A model generated the notes under the pieces. The model ran no database searches. It was not told where the DNA came from and was given only the letters and a program-made list of their open reading frames with translations. A program made the translations under genes and the position numbers. A stretch of DNA of 59,949 nucleotides, counting the filler, from Dimargaris cristalligena (Eukaryota): NCBI GenBank assembly GCA_003614675.1. It is 7 parts of 7 records of this genome, joined end to end, with 100 filler letters (N's around TTAATTAATTAA, not from the genome) between each part and the next. Parts side by side here need not be neighbours in the genome. Positions count along the whole stretch, not along the records: positions 42,967 to 51,409 come from ML003327.1; positions 51,510 to 59,949 come from ML003328.1; 5 more parts are not named here. One strand, written 5' to 3'. Below are positions 46,511-58,764 of the stretch, piece after piece; position 1 is the first letter of the stretch, and each line of letters starts with the position of its first letter.

Positions 46511-47963
46511 ATCCCCGGACTATGGGCAGCCAGTCCTCATTGTCAGAGGGCAGAATATGCCGTGACATGCAATGACAGTATCACTCCTACCATTTACCCA
46601 CAAATATATATATATACCACCTACACTGCAGCATACATAAAAGCTAACAAATATTATTCATTCCTTTATACTCATGGTTTGCATTAAAAAGCCCGCCATT
46701 TTTTCCTTGCTTCTAAAAGTCTGACCTATTTTTTGGCAGATTCCCAGTTATTCCATCTTGTTCCATTTCTTGACCTTTCTCTACATCTTTTTTCTTGCAC
46801 CTAGTGACCCCTAAGGCCCTCGGGATGGCTACATAAGTAACCAGTGAATTCCTGCTTATTTGAGAAATCAATCATCACTCATTTTATTTCAAACTCAAAT
46901 TCCACAATTCCTTGAACTCAGTCCTAATTTTTTTATTGATTATTTCTTATTGTTTAACACCACCGTTTCTTATATTTATTTTCAATAAAACTCTTGTGTC
47001 ACTCGTTATATCCTCCCCCATCCTCTGTCCAATCCACTGACCACCCGCCCCCTCCGAAAACTCACCATGCCAACATCCAATTCTGCCCTGGTGTCATCCC
47101 ACTCTGCAAACCTCCCATCTTCTGCCACCAGGGAGCTGGCCACCGTGACTTCAGGCTATGTCGATAAGGAGGCCACTGCCTCCTTGCAAATCCCAAAGGC
47201 TGCTAACAATAGGCCGGATGTCCCAGGTAGTACATTTGTCCTGGAGGTTATGGCCTCCCTGATTGACAGGCTGGGCAGCTTAACACTCACTAATCAGCTC
47301 TGTAAGGAGATTCTCCACGGTTTTGAAGTGCTCTTCAAGGGGATTTGACATACTGGAGAAAACTAAAAGCCACGAGAGGTAGGGCATAAATGGTAGGGAT
47401 TAAATTAAGATAACTATAATACTAGATCAGGTATAGGGGAACCTTGTAGACTGATAAGGGCAAAAGTAGGCAGAATCAGTGGTACATAGACCAACATAAA
47501 ATGATCACTACCAAACTTTTATTCACAAAGGAATAAAAGATGGAGAAAGATAGAGAAACAAATTTTCGCTAGAAAATTTTTCCTTTCTACTTCGGGGAAA
47601 GTAATATTTTTATGGATTTTTTTTCTTTCCCCTCTATTAACATAATAAGTTTGTATAAACGAATTCTCCTTTGTACAGGACATCCATTATGTAGCGGTGA
47701 TGGTTCAATGGATCGGGAATCATGACATTGCATTCAACTGAAGAGCCAGCAAGTCCCTCCGATACATCCGTTGCTGGGCTAACATGTGTACATGCGGGCA
47801 CCCCCTCTCCTAAGTAAATGGCCATTAGTGCGGTCTACTTATTATAAATACCGGCCTATCCACACAGTATTTCAGCCAAAAACCATCTTCTATGGTATTC
47901 TTATTTACAACTCCGTTTACACCTCCGGCTTCCCCATTACATTTGCGAGACCCTTCGACCAGC

Positions 47964-49667
47964 ATGAAAGTCTATATTACTTCGGCCCTTCTGGCCGTTT
48001 TTTCCTTCACTAATCTTGGAAGGGCCGCTGATGATTCGTATAAGCAGCTCAATAATGTAATTGACAATTTGTTATTCTTTGAAATCCGCGGAATAATCAG
48101 TGACTATATACCCATCGGTGATTTTGCCCTAAAAGCCGCTTATTTATACCCATACCAGTACCAAAGCGAACATGAGACCACTAATCAAGTAAGCTATCCA
48201 ACCGGACGTCTAATTCCTGCACTCAAACCCTACTATATTCCCGTCCCTAGGGCGAACATGCCCTGGACCCACTCCTGTTTTTGGGTCCATCAAGGCCTTC
48301 AACTATGTAGAGTCATACCTCCCACCCATCTAACCGACACGCTATTATACTTTCTTATGGGGGGAACGATATATCATATACCACTAATTATACCCGATAG
48401 ATTAACAAGCCTTTAGAAGATACGGCAATTGAATTCCAAACCATTGAAACAGTGAACCAACGGGCCTCAAAGAATTCGGCCCAACAGATCCTGAAGTTTA
48501 CGGCCGAATTTTATTCCCTGGCCCGCCTCGGATCTTGGGTCCAGATAATGGGGAGTTTTCTGGGTAAATTCCAACATCTCCCTTTAAACCTGATCAACTT
48601 GGATGAATCCTTCAAGTTCAATAGAATTCCCGGGAACCGCCAATCTATCGAATTTGTCAAGCTGATTAGTGAAAATCCCCTCGCTCCGATTTTAAAAAAG
48701 GGAATGTGGAAAGTAGTCGATATTCAAACGTTGACAAACTGAAATGGGACTACTATTTCCTTTGATTAGAAATGCCAATGGCGATACCATGGTATACTTG
48801 GAGAAGATTTACCGATCCATCTCCACCCACGTCGACCAGCTGTGTGAGCCGCAATCAACCATGGATACCCATTTCAGGACCGACCTCCAACTAAACCCCG
48901 AGTTAATGAACACCCTTCAGCTGGCCCATACGCCAGTTGGAGGTTCGATTGAGTTGGTCATTCCCATGATGACCTGGTACCTCCACCACCGCCAAAGGAC
49001 GGATGAGTTCGATGGATTAGATGAGTTCGGTAAGTTCTTCACAGTCCTTCTGCGCCCAGTACCTTCGGAGGCCGAGGGGAACAACCCACGTCCCATTAGC
49101 CGTGTGGCCAGTAGCGTGACCTATTTCTCCCTGACCCTTGCTGCTATCCAGAAGGATCCGGCGAGAGTAGAGATGCTGAGCGAACAACTGGCCACGGTGA
49201 AAATCTTCAATAGCACCACCCAGTTAAGCACCCATACTCTGGAAAGACAAAAGCGGCTGTTTCTCGAGTGCCTTGCCGCCCGGGACTTGACCGATGTCGC
49301 CCAATTTTTGGCCAGGTCCTGGGGAATAGAATTCAGTCAGGACTATGACAAAGGCAATGGCGCCAGCTGTTGGTTCCGGTATTTTGGTAGTCGCTGGTTT
49401 ATGCTCGCCCCGGAAGGCGAATTGGGCGTTCAAGTGCCAACAAACTTACTCGGAATTGCCTTGGAGGCTAACCAGTACATGGAACCTAGTGTTCAAACCG
49501 ATTTCCCATCATTCCGAGCGGTGGAAAAGACCGAGGTAGTACTTTACGGAATGAAAGGGCCCTTGCTCGATCGGACCATGCATTACACTATTAAGCATTC
49601 CAAATCCGCTTTATTACTCTTAATTGGCATCACAGGCTGCCATTGGGTGTACGACACATTTTTCTAA
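47964..49667 (+). CDS. Secreted hypothetical protein; intron 48189-48400; apparent frameshift at ~48740 (pseudogene or sequence error)
   Basis: Signal peptide MKVYITSALLAVFSFTNLGRA; GTAAGC...ACTAAT...TAG intron joins in frame to the 48452 ORF; the next ORF starts one base out of frame; TATAAATA at 47843-47850. Confidence 0.65.
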
Positions 49668-51409
49668 AAGGACTTGTTTTGAGCAATGGCGGTGACTAAC
49701 GAGGTTAGTGGAGATTTTCTGCTGTTTGGTTTGATTTGGATTAGTTATTATTATTGCTGTGGTTGTCACTAGGGTTGCCGGTGGTCTTCTTAAGCAGCGA
49801 TAATAGGCTGGAAGGTCGTTTTAGGATTAGGTCTAGCTGCAGAATCTAGATCGGCGATTGGTGAGAAATAGCAGGGATTAAATAAATCCCATACAATACG
49901 GAGCACAGGTAGGCACTGTATAATGGCCCACTTAGTATATACCAAAGAGGGTGTATAACATAGTGGATTGTCCTGATAAGAAAGCGTCAGTAGATGACAC
50001 ATACTTAGTGGGGAATGTACGATGGTACTAGTAGGAGAAGTGCCAAGGGAAGCATAAGTGTTAGTAACCCCAACTCACTTTAATTGTTGTCGTCCCCCAT
50101 TTGCTGACTAATTCACCTCGGATTTGAATTGACAATGGCCTAAGCCGAATTATCGGGCCATCGATAGAATGAGGCTCCAGAGATTCGTCACCCATTGGGC
50201 CGTGGTTTGTTAGAATGAGTCCTGGCGGCTGAGTAACATTGGTGCGCCTGGAATCCATGGATGCCTTTGATCGTTTTAAGGACACAAACCCCCCTATTCC
50301 GTCCCCAACTTTTATAAAATTATAGCCTGCCTGCCCAGGCAAACCCCAGCTATTAAACCAGACACATAATTTATATTGTTTCATAATAAAATTATGCATT
50401 CTATAGTCTGTTTGGTTCACCTGCCCGCGCCAATTCGCCTATTCATCAATTGCCCAGCCATTCAGCTCTTTCATAGACCGGTACATGCTTCTAAACTGTG
50501 GCTTATTTCGGCATCGTATTCCCTTTCTATTTCTAGTGAATTACCACTTCTGTCACACTCAGTGCCCCCCATGGCGTCCCCCAGCCATTCCCAGCCTAGC
50601 ACAGGTTTACCCAAGCCATCCATACCTTTTACTCTCAAACACTAATTCGAAAACCACTCCATTCATATCAGAATCTGATGGATACAGACAGCCTCCTTAA
50701 TATTCTCCAAGTATCCCCCCTCAGATAATACAATGCTGTCATCCAAATGTGTAAATACCATGTCCAGGTTACATACCTACTAGTACCAGCTTATGTTATC
50801 CTCGTATTGATCTAATACGCTCATATTCACTCACTGTATGAATAATAAATGTGAACCTGTAACTAATTATTATGATTAGCTCATTATTGTCCCCTATACC
50901 TGGTAAGTAATAGTATTGGCCAAGAATACTTCCAGAGCTATACCTAGTGGAAGCCTATGGACACATATTCTTAGCCAATGGAGAGTGGTAAACTACCACA
51001 ACATAGGGAAATTTTAATGATAATCATTATAGATTTGGAAAGTGTTTGACAAATAATTGAAAAGGAATGATATTTTATAGGTCAAATGTAAACTGTGAAT
51101 TTATCAAAGATATGAAGATAAATTGATACAATAGTAGAATCCATTGATAAAGGAGTGTTGCTAATTTATTTGCATACTTGGTATTGATGTATCCCATGAC
51201 CTAAGAAAATGTTGTGGTAGGATATAAGACCACTTAGTTATTCATAGTAAACCACAGTATTCCCTGATTAATTACATTCTATTTTTATATCCTTTTATCA
51301 GTGAAGTCCCAATTTATTATTTTATAGCCTTGCAATATCATAGTAAGTGAGAGATGTAAAGAACTGAAATCAAATCCTTGAAAACTGAACTTTATTTGAA
51401 AAGATAGAT

Positions 51410-51509
51410 NNNNNNNNNNNNNNNNNNNNNNNNNNNNNNNNNNNNNNNNNNNNTTAATTAATTAANNNNNNNNNNNNNNNNNNNNNNNNNNNNNNNNNNN
51501 NNNNNNNNN
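51410..51509. other. Artificial contig spacer
   Basis: N-run/TTAATTAATTAA/N-run, 100 bp. Confidence 0.98.
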
Positions 51510-51532
51510 GGCTCATTCACTCGTCAGGGGCA

Positions 51533-51600
51533 TACTTCCAATAAGTGCGAAAAATAGATAAAAAATAAAAGTAGGTAAAAAATGTGGTAAGTTCACCACA
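51533..51600. repeat. Family C terminus abutting the copia RT
   Basis: Matches 4-71. Confidence 0.8.
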
Positions 51601-52631
51601 ATATCAATGATATCCTTTGCCGTTTTAACATGGGAAATGAAGTACCAACCTCTACCCCAATTGCCGCTGGTCCCCAAATTCGTGAAGAAATGGACGCCGA
51701 GTTTAATCAAACAACTTACCGCTGCATGGTTGGATCTCTCATGTACCTTGCAACATCGACCCGTCCAGATATTGCCTATGCTGTCAATTTGGCATCGCGC
51801 TACTCGGCAAAACCAACAGAAAGTGATGTCGAAATCCTACGTCGTACGATGCGATACCTCATAAGCACTAGTAGGCGCGGTATTCTTTTTCATTTTGGAC
51901 GAGACTGTAAAAGAGGCGAACTCGAGGCGTTCTCAGATGCAGACTGGGCTGGGGATACAACAGACCGAAAATCGATGTCAGGTATCTTGATCACCTATAA
52001 CAATGTGCCCATCATCTGGGGGAGTCGAAAACAGGCCTGTGTATCCACCTCAACCACCGAGGCAGAATATATCGCAGCCGCCGAGGCAGCAAGGGAGGTG
52101 AAGGTAATAAGACAACTGTTAAGTGATATGGGAGAAAAGGTAGAGGGGCCAACCATATTATATTGTGACAATACCACAGCAATAGGCCTCACAAAGGATG
52201 CAGGGAAGATAAAACGGGCCAAACATATCGATGTAAAATACCACTACATCCGAGACCTGGTTAAAAATGGTGTAGTACATGTTAACTACAAAAGTACAAG
52301 CGAAATGACTGCAGACGGTTTAACAAAGGGGTTACCTAAAGCAAAGTTCGAAGAGTTTAGAAACATAGTTACAACGGGTTAGCAGATGAGAGGGGGTGTC
52401 CAATATGGGACATCTACTACCTGCCAATAAGAGCGACGTAGATCACCGTAGATCATTGCAGATCTTTCCCGGTCATGACAGGCCAATTATAAGGCCGCTA
52501 TACCACTCACGTGAGTTATTATTACATAAAAATTTTTTCTTCTTAGACAAATGGAATCGTCAATTCAATGTTCACATATAAACTAAATAAAGTTCTCCTC
52601 CGGGGAACAGCAGATCCTCTGAATATCAACA
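51601..52631 (+). mobile_element. Ty1/copia retrotransposon 3' end: RT C-terminus and RNase H (stop 52380-52382), polypurine tract 52388-52396, probable 3' LTR 52397-52631
   Basis: YRCMVGSLMYLATSTRPDIAYAV, FSDADWAGD, STSTTEAEYIA, LYCDNTTAI, KHIDVKYHYIRD, MTADGLTK; GAGAGGGGG then TGT...AATAAA...ATCAACA. LTR right end inferred. Confidence 0.93.
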
Positions 52632-53071
52632 GTTTTGACAGAAAATTGGTACCCAAAATTTGATACAAAGAAATTGACATATAGAAAAAAAGAGGGGGAA
52701 AAGTTATCCCTTATATGTAAAAATATGCATACTAATGAATGTACTAATCACTCACATGCATTGCCTGATTGCCTGATTGACTGCATTGATGGTGCAGATT
52801 TAATCCAAAAGAAGAGAGAGAATAAAATCAAATAACCACTAGTAATCAAGTATGAATATACATATCCAATCATAGGGGTAGCATGTATCCACCAATAGAA
52901 ATATAAACAAAATTAAAGAAAAGATTTGTATGGAAGGAATGGGTTAAAAGGGAAGGGAAAAAACTGGATATACTAGGTAAAAAAGCTGCTTCATACCTTG
53001 TATATAGATATAATAATTAAATATTAATAGTCTGTACCTGTAGTAATTAAGGGGACACTCCACCTTGCTAC

Positions 53072-53406
53072 ACTGGTCCTAAGGGGGCCCAGTTATATAT
53101 ACATGGGGACAACCCCAGAGGGAGGTCCCAAGGGAAAACTATAGGTAACTACAGTATATAGTAAAAATAGGCCAACCAGATGGCTACTAGTATCTGGAAG
53201 ACTCTCATGGTAACCAGAAAAGTCTTTGGATCAGCATGCTGAGTGATTAGTGCAAAGAGCTGGAGTCTGGAAGGGGAAGGGTTATATAATATAGGGTGAT
53301 CCCATAGTACTGGGGGTGACCATGGGGAGTTACATATAGTGCTATAAGGCCTAATAAGGGTGGACAATTGTTATGTCCAGATTAAGTCAGATTAGGAGGG
53401 CCAATA
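53072..53406 (-). mobile_element. LTR family A, partial copy
   Basis: Aligns with ~42480-42812 and with the reverse complement of 111-445; terminus reads TATTGGCCC. Confidence 0.8.
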
Positions 53407-53791
53407 AACATTGAACTCACTGCCTAGAGCTAGCCATTATCTCTGAAACCATAAGAGAAGACAGTTTTTTTTCTAGTAATGAGACCATAAGGTGTTGAAG
53501 GAGAATGGTCAAGGCCAGAGAAATCATTGTTGATAACTATTTGGTACCTGTTGTGCTGCCGTGGGCAGCTGGCCAGAGGCTGCGTAAGCCCTAGTACACA
53601 TTGCTAATCCAAAAAGTAGTCATACTTTGGATAAATTCAAGGTCTCCGGATGATTAACGAGTTATTTCCATGGGAACGGTCTGGGGTCATTAATATTATT
53701 TTATTTCTTTATGCTAGCTGATTCTCTTTTTGTTCAGCTTTCCAAATCATATTTCCATTTACCTTTCCGTCTATTATTGACGAAGTTATAG

Positions 53792-54668
53792 GTCATTGAA
53801 ATCAATAGTGATTTTAAAACTATGACAATTGACCACCTCATATTACTACTTTTATGCTATTGACAATCCTTTATGAGCGGGGCTTGGGAATAACCAGCCT
53901 CCAGTGGATTCCTTCTTGGAATCACACCATACAATTTCTTAGCATGAATTCCCTTTTTCTCAGTTTTATTAATATCTGACATGAAGGAGGACTGGGAAGA
54001 CTGTGTCTTCCAACCTTCCAATTTCTACCTTTTTACTTCCATTTAACATATTCATGCCCATAGTTTAGCCAGTAGGTCAATTTTTTCCTATTGCAGGTTT
54101 TTATGACCTACATTTATTGCAGTTTTATTCTTAGCTATAGTTATTTAGTTTGGTCATTTTCCTATATATATCTTAGTAGCATCTCCTCAGTTGAAGGGAC
54201 AAGTTAGTTTCGAGATAAATGAATAAATATCTATTTTAACTTCACCAGACAATACTGATGATTAACCTTTCACCCAGTTTTACTATAATCAGTTATTTTA
54301 TTACCATTACTTCTAACTTATTTTACTTTCATTTACTTAGTTCGAATTTGTGGTATCCCCGAGTACCAAATTGATTATACTATTTGACTATAACATTTTC
54401 TTGTAATGGTTTTAAGTTTATTTGACTTTTCTTTTCAACCGACAACATGAGCCGACGACGTACGATGCAATGGATGACCAGGAACTCAGTGGTGACTTCC
54501 CCAAGGCCACCTTAGTCTCAACCCCCTTGAACCCAGCAAAGTCCAACACTCCGCATTACATGACAAAGTATGGCGAGTCATCTAGTGGCAAGAAACTGGA
54601 GGTTACCCCTCCTGCTGACTCTCCCAAAGGCATGCCAGCAGAGCCCCTCAAATTGTTGGCAACACACC
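53792..54668 (+). repeat. Dispersed repeat family B, second copy (may extend further left)
   Basis: Aligns to 43165-43937 with about 100 bp of extra internal sequence. Confidence 0.85.
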
Positions 54669-56418
54669 TGTCACAACTATTACATTTTAGACTTGCAATT
54701 CAGGTATAAAAACTCATCCATTTTACTACCTAGTTCAAGGAGAGGACTGAATCATCATGAACTAGTCTATATTATTAATTCTCCAGCTACATCCATTTTG
54801 TAAATAAAATCCCTTTTTAAAAACTGTATAACATTTTAATTTGTTAATCTATTCATTTGACAAGGCTGTCAAGAGCAAAGGATACAGAAGTAGCCATGGC
54901 TTTCGGCCCCCATATACATTAATTTTGAGTATAACATTTTCCTTATCATATTTTTTTCTTTTTGTTAAAGCAATACCATGTTTTGTTCCAAATGCCCATT
55001 CACTGGAACCCCCAAAGTGGCACCATCACCTCCCCCATCATACCCTCGCTCACCGCTTGAGCGGTTGTTGCTGCCATCCTCCTCCTCATGGTCTGGTGTC
55101 CCTCAACCCAATGGGGTCACGTCGAACCCTCCCGGATCCCCAGGCTACGTCAATACAAAAGCAGACTAAATATGAAGGATTAGGCGCCATCATCGCCTAG
55201 CTCTATGAATGAGGCGCGGGAATTCAGCCTTGCTGAAGGATCACCTTCCTTCAACCATTCCCACCACTCTATTCATCTATTCCGTATATCCCCTCCATTA
55301 TATCTCCATCTATTATTAGCTATTCATTCTACCACTATCTAGTAGCGTCTTCCAACATCTTCTATGCTGGTTTGATGCCTTTATCATTAGTCTGCTCGGC
55401 TATATAAAGCCATGTTAATTCCTATAGCTATTTTTTAGTTAATTACCACTTATTCTATACCCCCTCTTTTATAATTAACTCTATCTATTGGATATCTCTC
55501 TCTTATTCTTATCTATAATGTGCCCTTCGCATCAACTGCTTGTGTGTTATCTCTTGTAAACTCGTCCGAGGTGTAGACACTTAATCGTCCCTTGGATTAT
55601 TGCCTACGATATCAGGCTACTCAATGCATAATTAAAAATTACAGCATAAATGTGTGGAGGGCCAGAGTTCTAGATAAACTCTTCTTGGGTTGTATTGGGT
55701 GAGTAAATATACTTGTAGAGTCAATTATAGTGCACTGACTCACTTACACTTAGCCCCAATACAATGCCTTGTACACTTCCCTCCTATCCGGCTTTGACTT
55801 GTTTGACCTTCTTTTAGGTGCTGAATTAGACCGCACCAAGCCCATTTTTACACAACAACCTTTTCGCTTATTAATAATTACCATTTCCTGGACCGACAGC
55901 CTGATTACCAGCATCTAATCGGCCACTGCTCAATGGTCCCCTCATCACATGCAGTTATTACGCTCGAATTCTTCCGTTTTTTATTGGCGAGCTATTTAGC
56001 CCCTTCTCTCCACTCTCATTCTCTGTAATGTTGGGCTTGTACTACGGCAACTTAGGCCAATAGACCGTACCAGACTTTACTGTCTGGTTTGGCATGCACT
56101 ACAGTAGCATAACACGGGCATATGCAAGAATGGTAAGGGAAAATACAATGGCCTCGACTCTTAGCTGGATTATAGCCGATATATCAACAGTCTTGCCCAA
56201 AATAGCCCCAACATATGATCCGTGACATTTAGAGACATTGGGCGCGCTGTAATTTGAATTTACTCGATTCCAATCGGCCCACTCATCGATACACTTAGCT
56301 ATATGAATATTTATTAATAAGGTCTCTAAAATACGATAAAATGTCTAAAAAGATATTGAAACAAGGAATCCCCGGAAAAATTATCCCAACCTCTTCACTG
56401 TGTACTGACTGGCATTAG

Positions 56419-57933
56419 TTATTGGCCATTAAATTTGATCGTGTTAAAATATTCAGAGCTGAAGGATTCGTCGAATGTAAGCGGTTCGAGTAGGTTTTGT
56501 TGGAGTTTGCCAGGGGTATAAAGCCGGTTAGAATGGGGTGCTATAAGTATCTTGGAAGTCTTCGTAGTGGCATCGTGCATGAAGCCGACGGCGTACTTAC
56601 GAAATAGTGGCAGACCAGCTATAAAAGGGGTCTGATCCACTGAGGAGCCGTATCTGATTAAACCAGGGACTTCCGACATTGCGGATTCACCGTACACCCC
56701 GAGGCAGTACTTGGTATCTACCCCACGACCACTACTACGATCCTCGCTTTTTCCCACCAACTCCTTCGAGCCCAACTCCAGGAGATGCCCCGATTCATTA
56801 GCAGTCAGCTTCAGTCCAAACTCAAAAGGTTGAGTTTGGCAGTATTCGTACACTTGGGGGTCGTAAAATACATCAGCCTCATTAAATGCTTTGGTGAAAG
56901 CCGTGCGGTCCAAGTGGATGCCACTGTAGAGGGGATTGATAACCAGGGGGGCTTTACCTAATTCCTGAGAAGGGATAGGAGTGGTGGTGGGCTCGCTCCC
57001 CCAATTCGATGCCAGGCTAACATCCGAGGATGGGCGACCGGGTTTATCAAGGGAGGCTTCGATAACCTGAGTATTTGCACCGAGTATGTTTTGCAGCTCG
57101 GTTTCCGACTGACAGAGAACTGCCTGATCCCGAGGGGAGTCGCGGCCGAAGCGCAGGTCTTGAGGGGTCGCTGGGGCATAGCCACTGAAGAGAAATGCGA
57201 CACTAGTGGCCGAGGGTTCGGGGCACAGTTGCCCTAGAAGTGTATCGGTGAAAGCTGACTTCTCGCCCTTGTCAGTAACAATGGTATACATTTTAGGAAG
57301 GCCTAACCCCAGAATACCGTCAACCTTGAATTCTTTAAAAAGCTGTTGCTGGTCAGACCTGTCAGTGACCATGGTGACTGGGGTTTCATTGAGGGTGGTC
57401 ATAGAGTCGCCCTCTGTGCCGATGGTTACTTTTAAGCCCCGTATAACAGTATGGACCCGCCTGCCCTTGATTGTTACGTTGGGCTCGGCGGATGCCCGTT
57501 GGCCACGACCAAACAGCCCACTGAAGTGACCCCGCTGGTTATGAAGGGAGCTAAATAAGTAAATTCCGGACATTTCGGTGTCCAGGCCCATGCGATAAAC
57601 CCTAACAGCGCCACCTGTTTCATAAACCACCATTTCCACGTAGGGGATGGCCGGCCCGTTGTCACCATCACGGTTGTGATCGCGGTCATCGGCTTTGCCG
57701 GGTGGGGTAGTTTTTTCCGGCACGATGGATAGGCGACGGGGTCTTTCTTGATTGGTAACAAGCCTCAGAAGAGAAGTTGACTTGGATTTCGTGAGCCCGG
57801 CGGGATTTTTAGACGGGGCTAGGTTAGCGAGGGACGAGAAAGGGCCTGGTGTGTACCATTTGACGGACCAGGTCAGTGCGTGAGTGCCCAAAAAACAGGT
57901 ATTCAAAATCAAACCCCAGTAGATGGTGTACAT
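56419..57933 (-). CDS. Secreted pepsin-like (A1 aspartic peptidase fold) protein with degenerate active site, 504 aa
   Basis: Signal peptide; MGLDTEMSGIYL (first Asp motif), VDGILGLG, LVINPLYSGIHL (second motif position), CLGV, FIAGLPLFRKYAVGF. Confidence 0.7.
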   Translation of the reverse strand: MYTIYWGLILNTCFLGTHALTWSVKWYTPGPFSSLANLAPSKNPAGLTKSKSTSLLRLVTNQERPRRLSIVPEKTTPPGKADDRDHNRDGDNGPAIPYVEMVVYETGGAVRVYRMGLDTEMSGIYLFSSLHNQRGHFSGLFGRGQRASAEPNVTIKGRRVHTVIRGLKVTIGTEGDSMTTLNETPVTMVTDRSDQQQLFKEFKVDGILGLGLPKMYTIVTDKGEKSAFTDTLLGQLCPEPSATSVAFLFSGYAPATPQDLRFGRDSPRDQAVLCQSETELQNILGANTQVIEASLDKPGRPSSDVSLASNWGSEPTTTPIPSQELGKAPLVINPLYSGIHLDRTAFTKAFNEADVFYDPQVYEYCQTQPFEFGLKLTANESGHLLELGSKELVGKSEDRSSGRGVDTKYCLGVYGESAMSEVPGLIRYGSSVDQTPFIAGLPLFRKYAVGFMHDATTKTSKILIAPHSNRLYTPGKLQQNLLEPLTFDESFSSEYFNTIKFNGQ

Positions 57934-58764
57934 GGTTAACGCTACGTAAAATGGAGGAGGGAGATAATGATGGTTCAGAAAAGGGGAATGTCAGGAAAAA
58001 CGATAGATAATTCGTTAAAAAATAATGCTAGCCAATAAATACGGCGAGCATGAGATACAATATTTACAGGTTGGGAGAGTCCATAAATATATATATATAT
58101 ATCGAAAATAGACATGTTAAACCCCAATTTACATTGCGATGGTCGAGGAAAAATAGGGGACCGGAGGAGCCTGTCTGATCCATTAATATACGAGTGACAA
58201 CGCTACTGTTGACGAATTTTTCATCCCTACTAACTCAAGTAGGCGAGTAACGAACCACTCACGAATGACTTTTCTCTCAAACCCTTCGGAGAATAGTCAA
58301 AGGGAAAACCTCTAGCAGTTAAGGGTGGGTTTGTGAATACGGCTTTGCCTTGCGTAACAACGTCTTCCATTTAATGGTCTATTATAGTCTGCCTCACCAT
58401 ACTATCCGCGAGTAAACTTCCCCCCTTTTACAGAGCCCATTCTCCCCCCTTTTCCACTACCGCTCTTTGTCCTTCTTTGGTTCCGCTCTAGCTCTATCAT
58501 TCACCTAGGCCCTTTTGTGGTACGACTGTGGTACCCTAGTACTCATCTGTATTATACCTAATCGTGTGCGGGGGGGGTAGGTGTTTATATGAATACGGAA
58601 GTAAGAGATACGAGGGATAGACGAAGACAAGTGCATACTTGATAAAATAATAACTGGGTGCAGGGTTATTTACTATTGGGGGTAGAGAGCATTGGTTTTG
58701 GGAGAGGGAAGTCCAAAATTAAATAAACGTGAATACCGAATATAAACACTGAGAATATACCCGA

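Noticed and set aside
54349-54368. TGGTATC as a tRNA-Met primer-binding site in family B
   Set aside because: Not preceded by an LTR-ending CA and the match does not extend; it is part of a short hairpin.
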